Assembly (NCBI GenBank): GCA_043228905.1 | Contig: JBHGNT010000002.1 | Coordinates: 17,112,001-17,176,000, forward strand | From: Azolla caroliniana | Lineage: Eukaryota > Plantae > Polypodiophyta | Length of the DNA stretch: 64,000 nt | Direction: 5' to 3' | Part shown: positions 1 to 12,725 of the stretch, in pieces | Layout: each line of letters begins with the position of its first letter | How positions within the stretch are numbered: position 1 is the first letter of the stretch | Program-made: the position numbers and the translations under genes | The notes under the pieces: model-generated | Databases searched by the model: none | What the model was told of the DNA's origin: nothing | The model's input: only the letters and a program-made list of their open reading frames with translations

Positions 1-1425
1 CCGGTTCTCGAATTGTTCCCACCTTCATCATAAAGGCATAGCGGTATGCCATGTAACCGTTATAGCCGAATCGAATAAATGGATTCTTCTCACGGGTGGC
101 GTGTCAGAGTTTTTCATTTGTCGATGTGAGTGCTTTCTTCACTCAAGGTGTCTTTATGATAAGCACATTGAGGCCATCAAGCTCACTATTGAGTGAGTGA
201 GCTGATTCATTGCCGTCAGATTGATCGTCTTCATACTCTAGCATTTTGGGCTTCCCTTTGTCTATCTTCGGACTCAGCCGAGATGTGCTTTGCTCGCTTG
301 GAGGCTCTTGTGGTCCGCTCAATCTGGTTGAGATTAGACTCTCCTCGGGTATTGACCTTAGTTGATCATTGTCTTGTGTTTCGTCAAGGTTGACTAGAAA
401 TGGTTTGGGAGGAGTCGGCTCAGGTTCGTACCATGATGCTGATTCGTCAAAGACAACGTCTCAACTTACATGAACCTTCCGAGTAGAGGGGTTGAAGCAT
501 TTGTACCCCTTTTGCTCTAGTGAGTACCCTATGAGGATACACTTATTCGATTTGGGATCTAGTTTTTGCCGTTTTTTGTTGGGAATGTGCACATATGCAA
601 GTGAACCGAATATCCCGACATGGTATAGGTTCGGCTTTCTTTCGTAATATTTTTCATGAGGGGTTACATTTTGCACTCTGCATGTTATGCACCGATTCAC
701 GCGGTAGACGACAATATTTGCTGCTTCGGCCTAATATGATTTCGGCATGTGCTTCTCGTTTAGCATGGCCTGTGCTACTTCGAGGATGTGCCGATTTTTG
801 CGTTCCGCCACTCCGTCTTGTTGTGGTGTATGTCGACATGAAAATTCCTGCCGAATTCCTTCTTGTCGAAGGTACATCGTGAATGCATTGGAGAAGTATT
901 CCTTGACTCCATCTGACCGAAGACATTGTCCATGTCGTCTGATTGTCTTTTCGACTTCACTTTTGAATTTTTGGAAGTGTGCAAACATTTCACTCATCGG
1001 CCTCATGGGAAAGATCGAAGTCTGCCTGTAGAAGTCGTCGATAAAGGTCACGTAATATCGGCATCCGCTGAATGTAGCCGTTTGAGCCGGTCCCCACATA
1101 TATGAGTGCATTGCGTCCAGTAGGCCTTTGCTCATGTTCCTCTCTTTTGGGAATGGGTGCTGATGTTGCTTGCCGAATTGGCAACCTGCATATACGCGCT
1201 CAATCTCTTTCTCTTTGAAGGTAGGGAGCCCGATGACGACTTCTTTTGATTGCATCTCCTTGAGTTTATTGGGTTTGATATGGCCGATTCTTTTGTGCCA
1301 TAACTCTATGTCTGTATCAACTTATCAGCCTTTTGCAAACATGGCCAAAACCGCGAGTGATTAGTTGACCCTCTTTCTCAATGAAGCAACCGCCTTGGTT
1401 GAATCGAACTTGCATGCCTTGCTAA
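1..1425 (-). mobile_element. Ty1/copia element A, degenerate pol segment (GAG-pre-integrase, rve integrase, SH3-like region); continues beyond the left edge
   Basis: ORFs 731-1255 (CQFGKQH..F, YYVTFIDDF, CLRSDG.KEY, HTPQQDGVAERKNRHI) and 461-700 (FGSLAYVHIP..KRQKLDPKS.KCILIGY). The frame QGMQVRFN at ~1420 joins GQILE at 25909. Confidence 0.9.
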
Positions 1426-1606
1426 TGTTGTCTCCTCTCTTGGAGATACACCTTCGATTACTCCCTGAGTAATCGGGTCAAGGGAATCGTGGTTACGTAG
1501 GAGGGTACGCTAGGGCCGAATAGTTCGATTAACTACAAAATGGGTGGCCACAACCGGTCTTATGACTTATGATTTATGAATCGGACTAGAACTCAACGTA
1601 AATATG

Positions 1607-3197
1607 TGTTGAGAGACAAGCTCAACATCGGCCGGATCGGCTGAAGAAGCCGAGGACCGGATTGGCTGGGACCGATCAGTTAGGCCGTTAGGAAAGATAT
1701 TCCGTGAGGAATATATTTGGGAGTTAGTGTAGGAGCTCTTAATGAGCATTGAAGTACTGTCAGTACTCCAGTCAGTCCTTCTAGGGCTTGTACAAAGTGT
1801 TCATTGAACACATATATGTTTGTTTTTGTCTTTTATTATATACTCTCCTTTTGGTGTCTTCTCTCTAACTCTCTTGGTCTCTCCCGCGTATACTGTGTAA
1901 GCTCAAGCTCTCCATTAAACTTGAGTGTTCTCCCTTCTGTTCTGTCTTTATACTAGCTTCTGCACGCTACTTTTCACATGGTATCAGAGCGCGAGGGTTG
2001 AGAACCTCTCTGCAACCGACACACCTTGACGAAGAAGAACAAGAAGAACGATGGATAGAGGCATGGTGAGCTCGCTTCCAACAGAGAAGCTCGACAGAAC
2101 CAACTACACGTCTTGGTCCTACAAGATGCACTAGTACTTGCTCGGGCACGACTACTGGAGTTATGTCGAAGGAGCTAATGACGCGGCACCCGAATCGACA
2201 CACAGAGACTTTCCTTCGTGGGAGCAATCGGCGAGTAGGGTATTATACTGCTTCGCGTCGTATGTGGGCGAACAACTATTAAGCTATGTTCGGGATGCAA
2301 AGACGCCGAAGGGTGCGTGGGAAAATCTGAAGAAGATCTTCGCCGCGAGCACCACAGCCAGGAAGCTTCAGCTCCGACAGGAGTTGAGTAACCTACGACA
2401 ACGCGACTTGTCGATGGCGGGCTATACCTCGAAGATCAAGGATATCTACGACTCCCTCGCCTCCATAGAGGTGAACATCGAGGAGAGCGAGATGGTCCAG
2501 ATCTGAGGGCGAGAAGACCGAAGACGAGTTGGAGACAGCCAACTCGGACGAGAGCGAAAACCGATCGGAAGTAGCCGAGTCGGTTCGGATGTTTGATTCA
2601 GACACGTTGAATCAACCGAGGCCCAAGCGGAAGAAAAGGCAGCAGAAGAAGTGTCGACACCGCAACAACAGAAGATCTGATAAGGGTCACATGAGCAGAC
2701 AAGCCGACCGTAAGGGTCGAAGCGCGCGAAGTCGAACAGGTCGAGGAGCGCAAGCGAGGCGTGAAGCCAGGAGGAACCGGAGGTGTGAAGATCCTGAAGA
2801 GCCTCAAGTTGAGCTTGAGGGGGAGTGTTGAGAGACAAGCTCAACATCGGCCGGATCGGCTGAAGAAGCCGAGGACCGGATCGACTGGGACCGATTGGTT
2901 AGGCCGTTAGGAAAGATATTCCGTGAGGAATATATTTGGGAGTTAGTGTAGGAGCTCTTAATGAGCATTGAAGTACTGTCAGTACTCCAGTCAGTCCTTC
3001 TAGGGCTTGTACAAAGTGTTCATTGAACACATATATGTTTGTTTTTGTCTTTTATTATATACTCTCCTTTTGGTGTCTTCTCTCTAACTCTCTTGGTCTC
3101 TCCCGCGTATACTGTGTAAGCTCAAGCTCTCCATTAAACTTGAGTGTTCTCCCTTTTGTTCTGTCTTTATACTTGCTTCCACACACTACTTTTCACA
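1607..3197 (+). mobile_element. Non-autonomous TRIM/TR-GAG-like copia derivative (1591 bp)
   Basis: 372-bp TG..CA LTRs at 1607-1978 and 2826-3197; tRNA-iMet PBS TGGTATCAGAGC at 1979; PPT GAGGGGGAG before 2826; perfect TSD ATATG at 1602-1606 and 3198-3202. Confidence 0.95.
2051..2506 (+). pseudogene. gag: Truncated copia gag (UBN2/Retrotran_gag type)
   Basis: KLDRTNYTSWSYKMH*YLLGHDYWSYV...AWENLKKIFAASTTARKLQLRQEL; one internal stop, then an abrupt end at MVQI. Confidence 0.85.
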
Positions 3198-3604
3198 ATA
3201 TGAATATTGAAATGACGCCCAAAATTGACCCGAAGAAAGTATGTATTATAGAATTACTGCATATATCGATTACACGGCTTCCTGCCGACAGTACTATTAC
3301 TCTCTCTCTTATAACAGAAAACAAATATACATATATGTCCTTTTCTCGTGTATAGCATTACACAGATATATTTCTCTCTTCTACGACCCCCCTTCTACTG
3401 CTAGACCTCGCTTTATATAGCTCTTGTGTCCCCTCGGTGCGCTCCAACCACTCCTTTGATTTTCGGCCCCTATTATCAGCTGCGTGTATTTCGCTCAACT
3501 ACTTTCTTCACGCTCGGGTCAATTCTCCTTTTCACACTCGCCTACTTATTTCCTTTATAGTATTCATTTCACACCTCTTGCCTTTTTGTCCCATTGCTAA
3601 CACC

Positions 3605-3621
3605 TGGTATGCCCGTGGGAC
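3605..3621 (+). promoter_or_regulatory. Degenerate primer-binding site, tRNA-Arg(UCU)-like
   Basis: TGGTATGCCCGTGGGAC directly after the LTR end, versus TGGCACGCCCGG at 30727; the differences are C>T changes plus a 1-nt gap. Confidence 0.6.
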
Positions 3622-3699
3622 AATGCCTTGCACGTCGAACCCAAAGCTAAATCTTCCAAAAAAAATTTAAATGATAGTTAGCCGAAAAACATATTGCTA

Positions 3700-4466
3700 T
3701 GGTACACTTAGTCTTCTTCCAAAATTACGAGGATATTCTCTGGTTGTGATCATGATGCCCTAGTTTCGAGATTGGTCATTTCTTCGGCCATTTGCTCTAT
3801 ACTCGCAAGGGCAACAGGTGGCTATGTTGATGCTGGAGGTGGCTGTTCATTTGTTAGCTTGTCATCTTGTAACTCGGCCGATAAATCGAGTTTTTTATCG
3901 CGAGTTTCCGCCGTGGATACTAGAGCCGTTGCGTCCTATTGGGGTTCTGTGGTCTGTTCAGCCACTTGCTCTGTTTCTGGTTGTGACTGTGTCCCCTCTT
4001 CTTCTATTTGTGCCTAGGTTGCTTCTACTTCCTTTTTAGCTAGGATGCGCGCTCGTTCATAGACTTCCATTTCTAGCATGAGCAACAACTAATGATCTTT
4101 GAATTCCTCGAGAAGGTTTCCGATTATTGTGGTGTGCATTCATGCTAGGGCGTGGAATTCCTTAGTGAGGTCTTTGCGTAGGATTTGGATGCTGTTCTCA
4201 TCCATTTTGTAGACCCCGTGACCCTCTTTTTTCTGATTTTCCGCGTCTGCTTGGAAGACCTGTAATTCGGCTCCTTGAGCCGACCATTCATTCCAACCTC
4301 GAGCAAGTGTCTCCTCGACTTTTTGATTTAGCTTCAGTCGGTGCTTGGTCACTAGGGCTTTGATTCATGCTTCGCCCATTTCGTATTTGGCTCGGAGGGT
4401 GTCGAGTTCGTCTTGAGCTTTCGTCGCATCCCATTCGAGTTTGGCTTTTAGGATCTCGCACGATAC
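3700..4466 (-). pseudogene. Decayed antisense coiled-coil ORF in the internal region of element X
   Basis: A single minus-strand frame rich in E/K/Q/L heptads (includes ORF 4140-4352), broken by TAG/TGA stops. Confidence 0.4.
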
Positions 4467-5238
4467 TGTTGTACGGAAATAACGCTCAACCATGACCGAG
4501 TCTTCAACAAGGAATAGAAGAGAACAATTTGAAATCGAGATGACACAGGATGTTTACGTGGAAAACCCTAAACGGGAAAAACCACGGGAGCCCACAGACT
4601 CCAACTATCACCATGAGAGGAGGAATACAAAATGAGACTCAGAGGCAATGACCTCGAGCTCTATGTCTCCACCAATGGCGGTTACAAACAGAAAACTAGT
4701 TCTATGTATATATATCTCTCACAACAACTCACAATAACCACATCTTACATAAAGTGATTGCCCTAAGTCATATTTATACTTAGGGAAAAGTACCAGGATA
4801 CCCCTGGAAGTTCGTCTATTTACCAGAATGCCCCTAGAAGTTCCAAATTTACCAACCTACCCCTACGTCTAAAAAATTACACTTTATAAAGTAATTATAT
4901 ACTCAAATCTACAAGCCCTATTTACCAAAGATTTGAGTGTATAATTACTTTATAAAGTGTAATTTTTTGGACATAAGGGTAATTTGGTAAATTTGGAACT
5001 TCCAGGGGCATTCTAGTAAATAGACAAATTTCTAGGGGTATCCTGGTACTTTTCCCTTATACTTATATGAAAATTTGGCTATTTACAAATATAGCCTAGA
5101 TGGGCTCACTATGAAACATATTTACACATATGTCCTTAGATCCGGTTTGCACCGGATCCATCCGGATTCACTCAATCTAGTTTCCGGGTCTCATCCGGAA
5201 CCCTTTCGGATTCGGTTCCTTCATCCGGCTCCTCCGGT
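4467..5238 (-). repeat. Distal part of the copia B 3' LTR (the remainder is at ~21530-21579)
   Basis: TGTTGT start; shares GGAAAACCCTA..GGGAAAAACCACGGG and GGCTATTTACAAATATAGCC with the solo LTR at 44983-45682. That LTR's end motif CATCCGGAGGGACCG..CCCAACA is found at 21554-21579. Confidence 0.75.
4783..5056. mobile_element. Mutator-like (MULE) foldback MITE, copy 1
   Basis: ~125-bp TIRs (GGGAAAAGTACCAGGATACCCC...GGGGTATCCTGGTACTTTTCCC); perfect 9-bp TSD TTATACTTA at 4774-4782 and 5057-5065. Confidence 0.92.
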
Positions 5239-5631
5239 TCTCCACTATATATAAGAAGGTTGTATCACGTGCGTTCATGACATCATTTATAAACCCCTTA
5301 TACGTATGTTTTTTACTATTTTAGAGGCCCTTTTGTAAAAAAAAGATTAATAAAAATACCCCCTATTACCAATATATTTTTTGATAACCACCCATTTTAA
5401 ATGCCCTTACATAGAAAATATACATGCACACATAGTTTCTAATCCAAGAAACCTAGAATGGATCTATGACCCTCTTTACAATTGATGACTCACAAATTTG
5501 TGAAAGAACATTAAACATCATATGCAATTTTGTAGGAATGCTTCATCAAGTACCACATAAATTGAAAACACAATGTGTAAAGTATATAGTAATGCACAAA
5601 CAATTCAAAAACATTAGAGGTATATAATATA

Positions 5632-5945
5632 GGGGAAAGTACTAGGATACCCCTAGAAGTTCTTCTATTTACCAGAATGCCCTTGGAAGTTCCAAATTTA
5701 CCAAACTACCCTATGTCCAAAAAATTACACTTTATAAAGTAATTATACACTCAAATCTACAAGCCCTATTTACCAAAGATGGAAGAAATGGACCCGAACT
5801 AGCCCTATTTACCAAAGATTTAAGTGTATAATTTACTTTATAAAGTGTAAATTTTTTGGACATAAGGGTAGTTTGGTAAATTGGGAACTTCCAGGGGCAT
5901 TCTGGTAAATAGACAAACTTCCAGGGGTATCCTGGTACTTTTCCC
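5632..5945. mobile_element. Mutator-like (MULE) foldback MITE, copy 2
   Basis: Same TIRs as copy 1; perfect 9-bp TSD TATAATATA at 5623-5631 and 5946-5954. Confidence 0.92.
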
Positions 5946-7139
5946 TATAATATATAAGCCACATATAAGTTCATGTCGATAGTTTATTTAAACATATGAA
6001 GAATACGAAGTGAGAAAAAAGAATGTAATTTACAAAAAAATCAATCTTGAACGTGGCATACATATCTCAAAGAGCACACATGGGACAATCCAAATGCATA
6101 TCAATAATGAAATTACTAACAAATTAACATTATGTTTGGTTTCATGGATAAACTCATAAGAAGCCACTACATTATTTTTTCCCAAATACATTGATCAAAC
6201 AAATGACAACATATGTTATATTTCCATTTGAAATGAAAGACATCACACTATAAAAGTGAGATAAAATTAATCATTTTGTTGTTCAATGTCTACTTAAAAT
6301 ACTTATTACAATAAAGGTTATCTTCATAAAGAACAATTATATAAATAGAAAACCCAAAGAAGCTTATTTTAGGTTATAGATTTCATGTAGTTTCTATCTT
6401 CAATGTTGGACCTGTATTATAGTCATGACATCACTCTACGCCCTCTCCACATCTTTGGTTTGTTTCATACTTTCTTTCTGAATCTCAATAATATGACCTT
6501 TCAGGGAGGATGACGCTTGTTGCTCTCTTGGTTACTCGTTTCCTTCTGAGTAGTTCATGTAAGGCATGAGGAAAAGCAAAAGTTGCATTTCTATCAAAAT
6601 CAGTTAAGGATCATTGATATAGAACTTCTATATAATTGGGTCCAAACAAAGCTCTTATACTTTCTTTATGACAAAACAATCCAATCTTAACTTATGTATT
6701 TCAAATATCAATGACTTATGTTAAATATAATTCTAGATTTTATTCAAAATATATTATTTTCCAAATTTTTGGGGGTTTCAAATTTCTTGCTGTAAAATTC
6801 AAAAACCTATTTGAGAATAAGTCAAGTTATTAATGTTCATGACGTGGGACACAAGTATGTACCTACACCAATGGGCCTCATATAACTCTTATATGGTTTC
6901 TATAGATGATATGATATATCATATCTAAGGCATCCTTGGAAAAATAATGCTTCAATTTCTCAACTTTAGTGTTACTACAAGACCATATGAGAACCATCGT
7001 ATACTATCAGTACATCAACCATATGTGTGCATATCCAAAACTATGATCATTTATGGTAAATAATCATGAATAAATAGATCCACAACTATGAGGATTCATG
7101 ATCAGTAATAAAAAAACAAATTTACATATTTAAGAACAA

Positions 7140-7848
7140 CTTGAACAAAGATGTATGTTTTCTCTCTAGAGGAATTGTTTCTACCACCATCAAACAAGCA
7201 AGCAAATAAACATGGTTGGCCACCAATGACAACTAACCGTTTTAATAATTCAATAGAAACTTGGGATACAAAAAGTTGGGCCTATCCCCTCCACTCAAAC
7301 AATCCTTGAGCATATGTAGATGATACTCGAGGATCTAATAATGGCAATAAAAAAAGGATCTTCATAAAAATTAGAGAAGACTCAATCAATACCATTATAA
7401 TTATGAAATTATACAATAAACCAAACTTTATATTACCTCTCGATATATGAGTTCCTTTACATCCTTTTTTGAAACTCTTCTCCTCTCGAATTCAAACTCC
7501 AACTTACCGATAGGTTACCTTACATAAGCCCTTGAAGTAAGGATTTACTAAGGCCTTCACAAAAACTAGTAAAACTTTTAGCAATCTCTTCTTGGACTCA
7601 AACTAGAATAAATACAAGCACAAACTCTACTTTCATATTCATCAAAGATGAAACAAGTTCAATGAGAGTGTACCTTCTTTGCAAAATAATAACTTAATTA
7701 TCTCTCAGCACCTAAAGATTGCAAACTGTGTTAAGAACATGAAATGTGTATATTTAAATAGATTACTATACTATCTAGAATATAGTCGTTGGGTTGTCAT
7801 GAAATACAACTCTGGTCAATCCGAAATCACATATTTTAACCTTGCAAG
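7140..7848 (-). pseudogene. Fragments of a group-D (TDY-type) plant MAP kinase gene with introns
   Basis: ACKVKICDFGLTRVVFHDNPTTIF* (7848-7775); ALVNPYFKGL; PIGKLEFEFERRRVSKKDVKELIYRE; GT-AG intron 7436-7335; ILEYH..MLKD...NFLYP; PLERKHTSL (~7150-7176). Confidence 0.85.
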
Positions 7849-7851
7849 CAC

Positions 7852-9117
7852 ACGTGTGTGTGTGTGTGTGCGCGCGCGCATATGTATGTATTGTATTGTA
7901 TTCCATGTTATGTATGTATGTGTGTACATATTGTATTGTATTCATTGAATTGCATGTGTATGTATTTACATATTGTATTGTAATGCATGTGTTGTATGTA
8001 TGTAATGTGTGTGTGAATGTTCTATACATGTGCATATGCATGTATTGTATTGTATGTATGGAATGTGTGTGTGAATGTTCTATACATGTGCATATGTATG
8101 TATTATACTGTATCAATGTGTATGGAGTGTGTGTATGCATGTATGTATGTGTTAGATGTGTGTGTGAGTATATGCTCTATACATGTGCATATGCATGTGT
8201 GTGTATGTGTTATATATATATATATATCTATATGTGTGTGTGTGAATATGTATGTATTGTATTGTATGTATGGAATGTGCGTATGCATGTATATATGTGT
8301 TAGATGTGTGTGTGAGTATATGCTCTATACATGTATTGTATTGCATGTGTGTGTATGTATGTGTGTGTTATATATATGTGCATATGTGTTACGGGCATGA
8401 CCATATAATATCCCGTGGTAAGAATTTACCGTAGTATTCTATACACGTGGATAAGTGTGAGGGTTAAACGAGAGTGTAAAGAAGGGGAGGATTACTTTTA
8501 ATCCTCGGGATTGAGACAACCCATTAGGTCAAGTGTGAACTTGCCTGGGGGCCTTGGGTATCGCTATAAATAAGAGGCCTAGCTACCCTCATTTGAGGAT
8601 CTTTTGACTACATCGAGACTCTGCTCGTGTGGTGGGTCAACTCTTGTAGCGAGCGCGCCAGCACCAGGTACGACTCGACGCCACGACGGTGGTATGGGAC
8701 GCCGATCGAGGCTCGAGTCCGTCTCGATCCCTTCGCTCGGGGGTGGTCGGGTGGATCGACACCCTTCTTTCTCTTTCTCCTTTCTATCTATCATTACTTT
8801 ATCCTTATCTTAAGCTTACTTTAGTACTTAGATCTATAATAATATGTATGTATTGTATTGTATGCATGGAATGTGTGTATGTGTGTGTGAGTATATGTTC
8901 TATACATGTGCATATGTATGTATTGTATTGCATGTGTGTATGTATGTGTTATATATATGTGCATATGTATGTATTGTATTGCATGTGTATATATGTATGT
9001 GTGTGTGTGTGTGAGTATATGTTCTATACATGTGCATATGTATGTATTGTATTGCATGTGTGTATGTATGTGTTATATATATGTGCATATGTATGTATTG
9101 TATTGTATGTGTATATA

Positions 9118-9149
<32 letters not shown>

Positions 9150-9520
9150 AGTATATGTTCTATACATGTGCATATGTATGTATTGTATTGCATGTGTGTA
9201 TGTATGTGTTATATATATGTGCATATGTATGTATTGTATGGCATGTGTATATACGTATATGTGTATGTGTTATATATGTGTGTGTGAGAGAGTATATGTT
9301 CTATACATGTGCATATGTATGTATTATATTGCATGTGTTTGTATGAATGTGTTGTGCGTGCGTGTGTCTTCTATATATGTGCATATGTATGTATTGCATT
9401 GCATGTGTATATATGTATGTGTGTGAGAATATATATTCTATACATGTGCATATGTATGTATTCTATTGCATGTGTGTATGTATGTATGTGTTGTGTCCGT
9501 GTGTATTTCTTTTACATACC
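7852..9520. repeat. TG/TA-rich minisatellite and low-complexity array, interrupted by a solo LTR
   Basis: Recurrent unit GAGTATATGTTCTATACATGTGCATATGTATGTATTGTATTGCATGTG. Confidence 0.9.
8387..8841 (+). mobile_element. Solo LTR (455 bp) of the chromovirus family at 12726-19743
   Basis: Near-identical to 12726-13180; TSD ATATG at 8382-8386 and 8842-8846; ends TG..TA. Confidence 0.95.
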
Positions 9521-9544
9521 TGTAAATGTTTTATGAACAATAGT

Positions 9545-9770
9545 TGTGGCAACAACTACAGAGGATAGAGGCGACCAATGGCGGCACAACGAGGTGAGGT
9601 AAGGCAGCACAATGAGGTGAGTAGAGGCGGCAATGACAATACAAAGAGAACAAAGGAAGTTGCAAGGAGAGTAGAGGCAACAAAAACAAGAAGAATAGAG
9701 GCAACAACAAAGAGGAGAACAAAGGCGGCAAAACCAAGAGAGTAGAGGAGGCAGCATTAGGCGGCAAAAC
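9545..9770. repeat. Purine-rich degenerate tandem repeat
   Basis: AGGCGGCA/AGGCAGCA/GAGGCAACA motifs recurring every ~20-45 bp. Confidence 0.55.
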
Positions 9771-9789
9771 TCAAAATTAAAAAATGTGA

Positions 9790-10805
9790 ATGTATCAATG
9801 TTATGTTGACTATGAATGTATGTATCTATGAATGAATGAATATTTGAAATTTGAATGCATGAATATATGTATGCTTGCATGAATGTATGTATGTATATGT
9901 ATATGTATATAATGTACATATGTAATGTATGTATGTATGAATGAATATATATATGTATACATACATATGTGTATATATCTAATATGTAATATGTAATGTA
10001 TCTATGTATGAATGTACATACATGTATATGCAATATGTAATGTATGTATGTATATGTATATAATGTACATATGTAATGTATGTATGAATGAATATATATA
10101 TATATTGTGGTGTGCATGTGCACAATATGTATACATACATATGTGTATATATCTAATATGTAATATGTAATGTATGTATGAATGAATATATGTACATGTG
10201 TAATGTATGAATGTAGAATGCGTATATATGTAATATGTAATGTATGTATGTGGATGTTTGTTTGTAATATGTGCGTAATATGTATGTATATATGTACATA
10301 TTCTAGTTTGTATGACCCCATGTGACCTACATATATGATGATATGTGGAATATGTATGTATGTATGTGTATGAGTGTATGTTTGTAAAATTTATACACAT
10401 ATCCTTGTAACCATAAATACGTATATACGTGTAGCAATGTATAAATGAATATATGCATGTCCATGTATGAATGTACATATGTGTATGAATATGTAATGTA
10501 TGTATATTTGTATGTGAATGCATATGTGCATATATGTGTGTGTGTGTGGATGTTTGTTTGTAATATGTATGTATGTGTATGTATATGTATGTATAAAAGA
10601 CTATATGTATGTCCATGTACGAATGTACATATGTGTATGCATATATGCATATGTCAAGTATGTACGTATGTGTATGTGTGTGTGTGTGTATGTATATGGA
10701 TGCATGTATGTATGTGTATGCATATATCCATATGACAATGTACATGATTCAATGTGTATGGATGTGTGATTGTAATATGTGCATAATATTTATGTATATA
10801 ATATA
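9790..10805. repeat. TA/TG-rich low-complexity array
   Basis: Runs of ATGTAATGTATGTATG-type units. Confidence 0.9.
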
Positions 10806-12725
10806 GCCTCATCTTGGATCTTTTCAAAATAGTGCATTGGACAAATTCGAAGGCTGGTTAGGAATTTTATATGGGTTGGGGAGGATAAGAGTCATGTAAG
10901 AGCGAAGGTGGCTTGGAGTACATTGATAAACCCGAAGCAATACGGTGGTCTAGGGATTATAGATCCATTAGACCAATGTATGGCCTTGTTAGCAAAGTTA
11001 ATAGTTCGTGGCCTTTTACTAGGACATGCTCCTTGGAAGCAATTGCTTATGCAAAGATTGTATCGTTGTGCTCTGCCGATGGGTGGATTATGGGCTCATA
11101 GCATAAGGTGGATCTTTATACCGGACAAGAAACATGTTATGACTAGGAATTGGGAAGACAAATTTTTTAATGGTCTTCTACAAGCATGGGAGCATGTACA
11201 TAAAGGGTTGGAACATGGTGTACCAACGTGTGAGGAGGAATACTTGAGACAAAACTTAGTGTGGAATCCGAATATGCGTTTGCCCTTAGAGCACATGTTG
11301 GGGTCCCGTACGTGATTGGATTGGGCCAAGCTCGATGTAGGGCCAGGAGCGTCCGTTGATGCATGGAAATCATTTCATACTCTGAATATAAATGACAGGT
11401 CAGAATTATTGTCTTCCTTGAGAGGGGGGCTGATTATGTGGGACCAGGTGCAGTCGGTTTTGGGGCACTTAGCCTCTACGGTATGGTCCTTTAATCCTCC
11501 CAACTGGGAAGGAGCATTTACGAGGCTTCAAGTGCTAGTGGGGGTAAGGGGACATTTGTCTTGCAGACGATATCAAAACTATGATGTGGAGGAAGATGGT
11601 AGTATATGTAGAGCAACGATACAAACAGAGATCTTGCAATATGCTACATTTTCTAAAATAAGGGTCCTGGCTTATGACGGATCTAAGTGGATCATCGACC
11701 CACAAGTTGAGGCAGTCAAGGAGCATTGGAAATTGAGAGTTTTTGAAAAGAAACCTTTGATAAGGTTGCAATGGGATCCGGGAGAATTTTGGTGGAAAGA
11801 TCCGTTTGATCGTGTAGAAAAAAGGTGTGGTTTTTTTCAGTACTCAGTTAAGATTGGACGACACATTTTGGTAGCTCAACGTAGGACTACACCACGAGCG
11901 AGTCAAATTTGGACCAACCAAGGGATCACATTCGAATTCCTAACAAAGTTTTGGAGAACATTATGGAAAAGGAAGCAAGATATGAAAATAAATGTCTTCC
12001 AATGGCTAGTAATACATAGAGCATTACCGGTTGGCCAATGGTTGCAACAATCAGCTACACCGGCCACATGCATCTATTGTAGTTGTCAGATGGAGACATT
12101 GAAACATTGCTTGTGGGAATGTCATGTTGCACAACAAGTTTGGAGACGAGTGTTCCGAATTCTTGCATGTATGTTTAGGGATTGCAATTTTTCGTGGGGT
12201 ATGGTAGTATGGGCTACAGTGGCACAAGTGATGTTGCCATATGAGGCATGCCCAAATGACACGATTATTAGAATTCAAAAAGGAATGATAATGGTGGTGC
12301 AACGAAGTCAAATGGAGGCTCCTTACATGTTAAAGAAAATGCACGAAGTATGGGAGCTACTATGCACCACCACAATGTGGTTTATTTGGACTGCTAGGTG
12401 TTCTAAGGTGTTTGGTAATACTATTGTTCATCAAGTGGAAAGTGTATGGAATGGCTGGATGGAGATTGTACATACCTTGAAAGGGCGGTATGAGGATATT
12501 AAAGGTGAGACAGATGTTGCAGTGTTGCAACGTCTCGAATTTATTGCCTATTGGAAGAAGGCCCCTTTTCTCACAGTACAAAATTCAAGACCTAAATGGT
12601 GCTTAGCACCACCAGTATGGTTGTTCCCACCACCAATCACATAACTTGGTTAAGGAGTGTTCATACTATTTATCCTTGAGGGATGGGACCTAAGGAAGAA
12701 TGCACCAGATCAATGGTAGCTTGAT
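10806..12725 (+). mobile_element. 5'-truncated L1-clade LINE (end of RT plus zf-RVT); its 3' end probably resumes at ~19749-19785
   Basis: RNFIWVG....KVAWSTLINPKQYGGLGI; FWRTLW...KINVFQWLVIHRALPVG; CIYC...ETLKHCLWEC..AQQVW. In-frame stop at 11313-11315; ORF ends at 12644. Confidence 0.9.

Larger units (their letters stand above)
1426..3602 (+). repeat. 5' LTR of element X (probably Athila/Tat group), split by the insertion at 1607-3197
   Basis: TGTT start at 1426 and GCTAACA end at 3602; homologous to 25393-25908; followed by a PBS-like sequence. Confidence 0.75.

Noticed and set aside
7679-10806. Many overlapping C/V/Y/M- and H/T/I-rich ORFs (also at 19802-21353)
   Set aside because: They are translation artefacts of TG/TA low-complexity repeats; only the MAPK tail of 7775-8140 has real homology.
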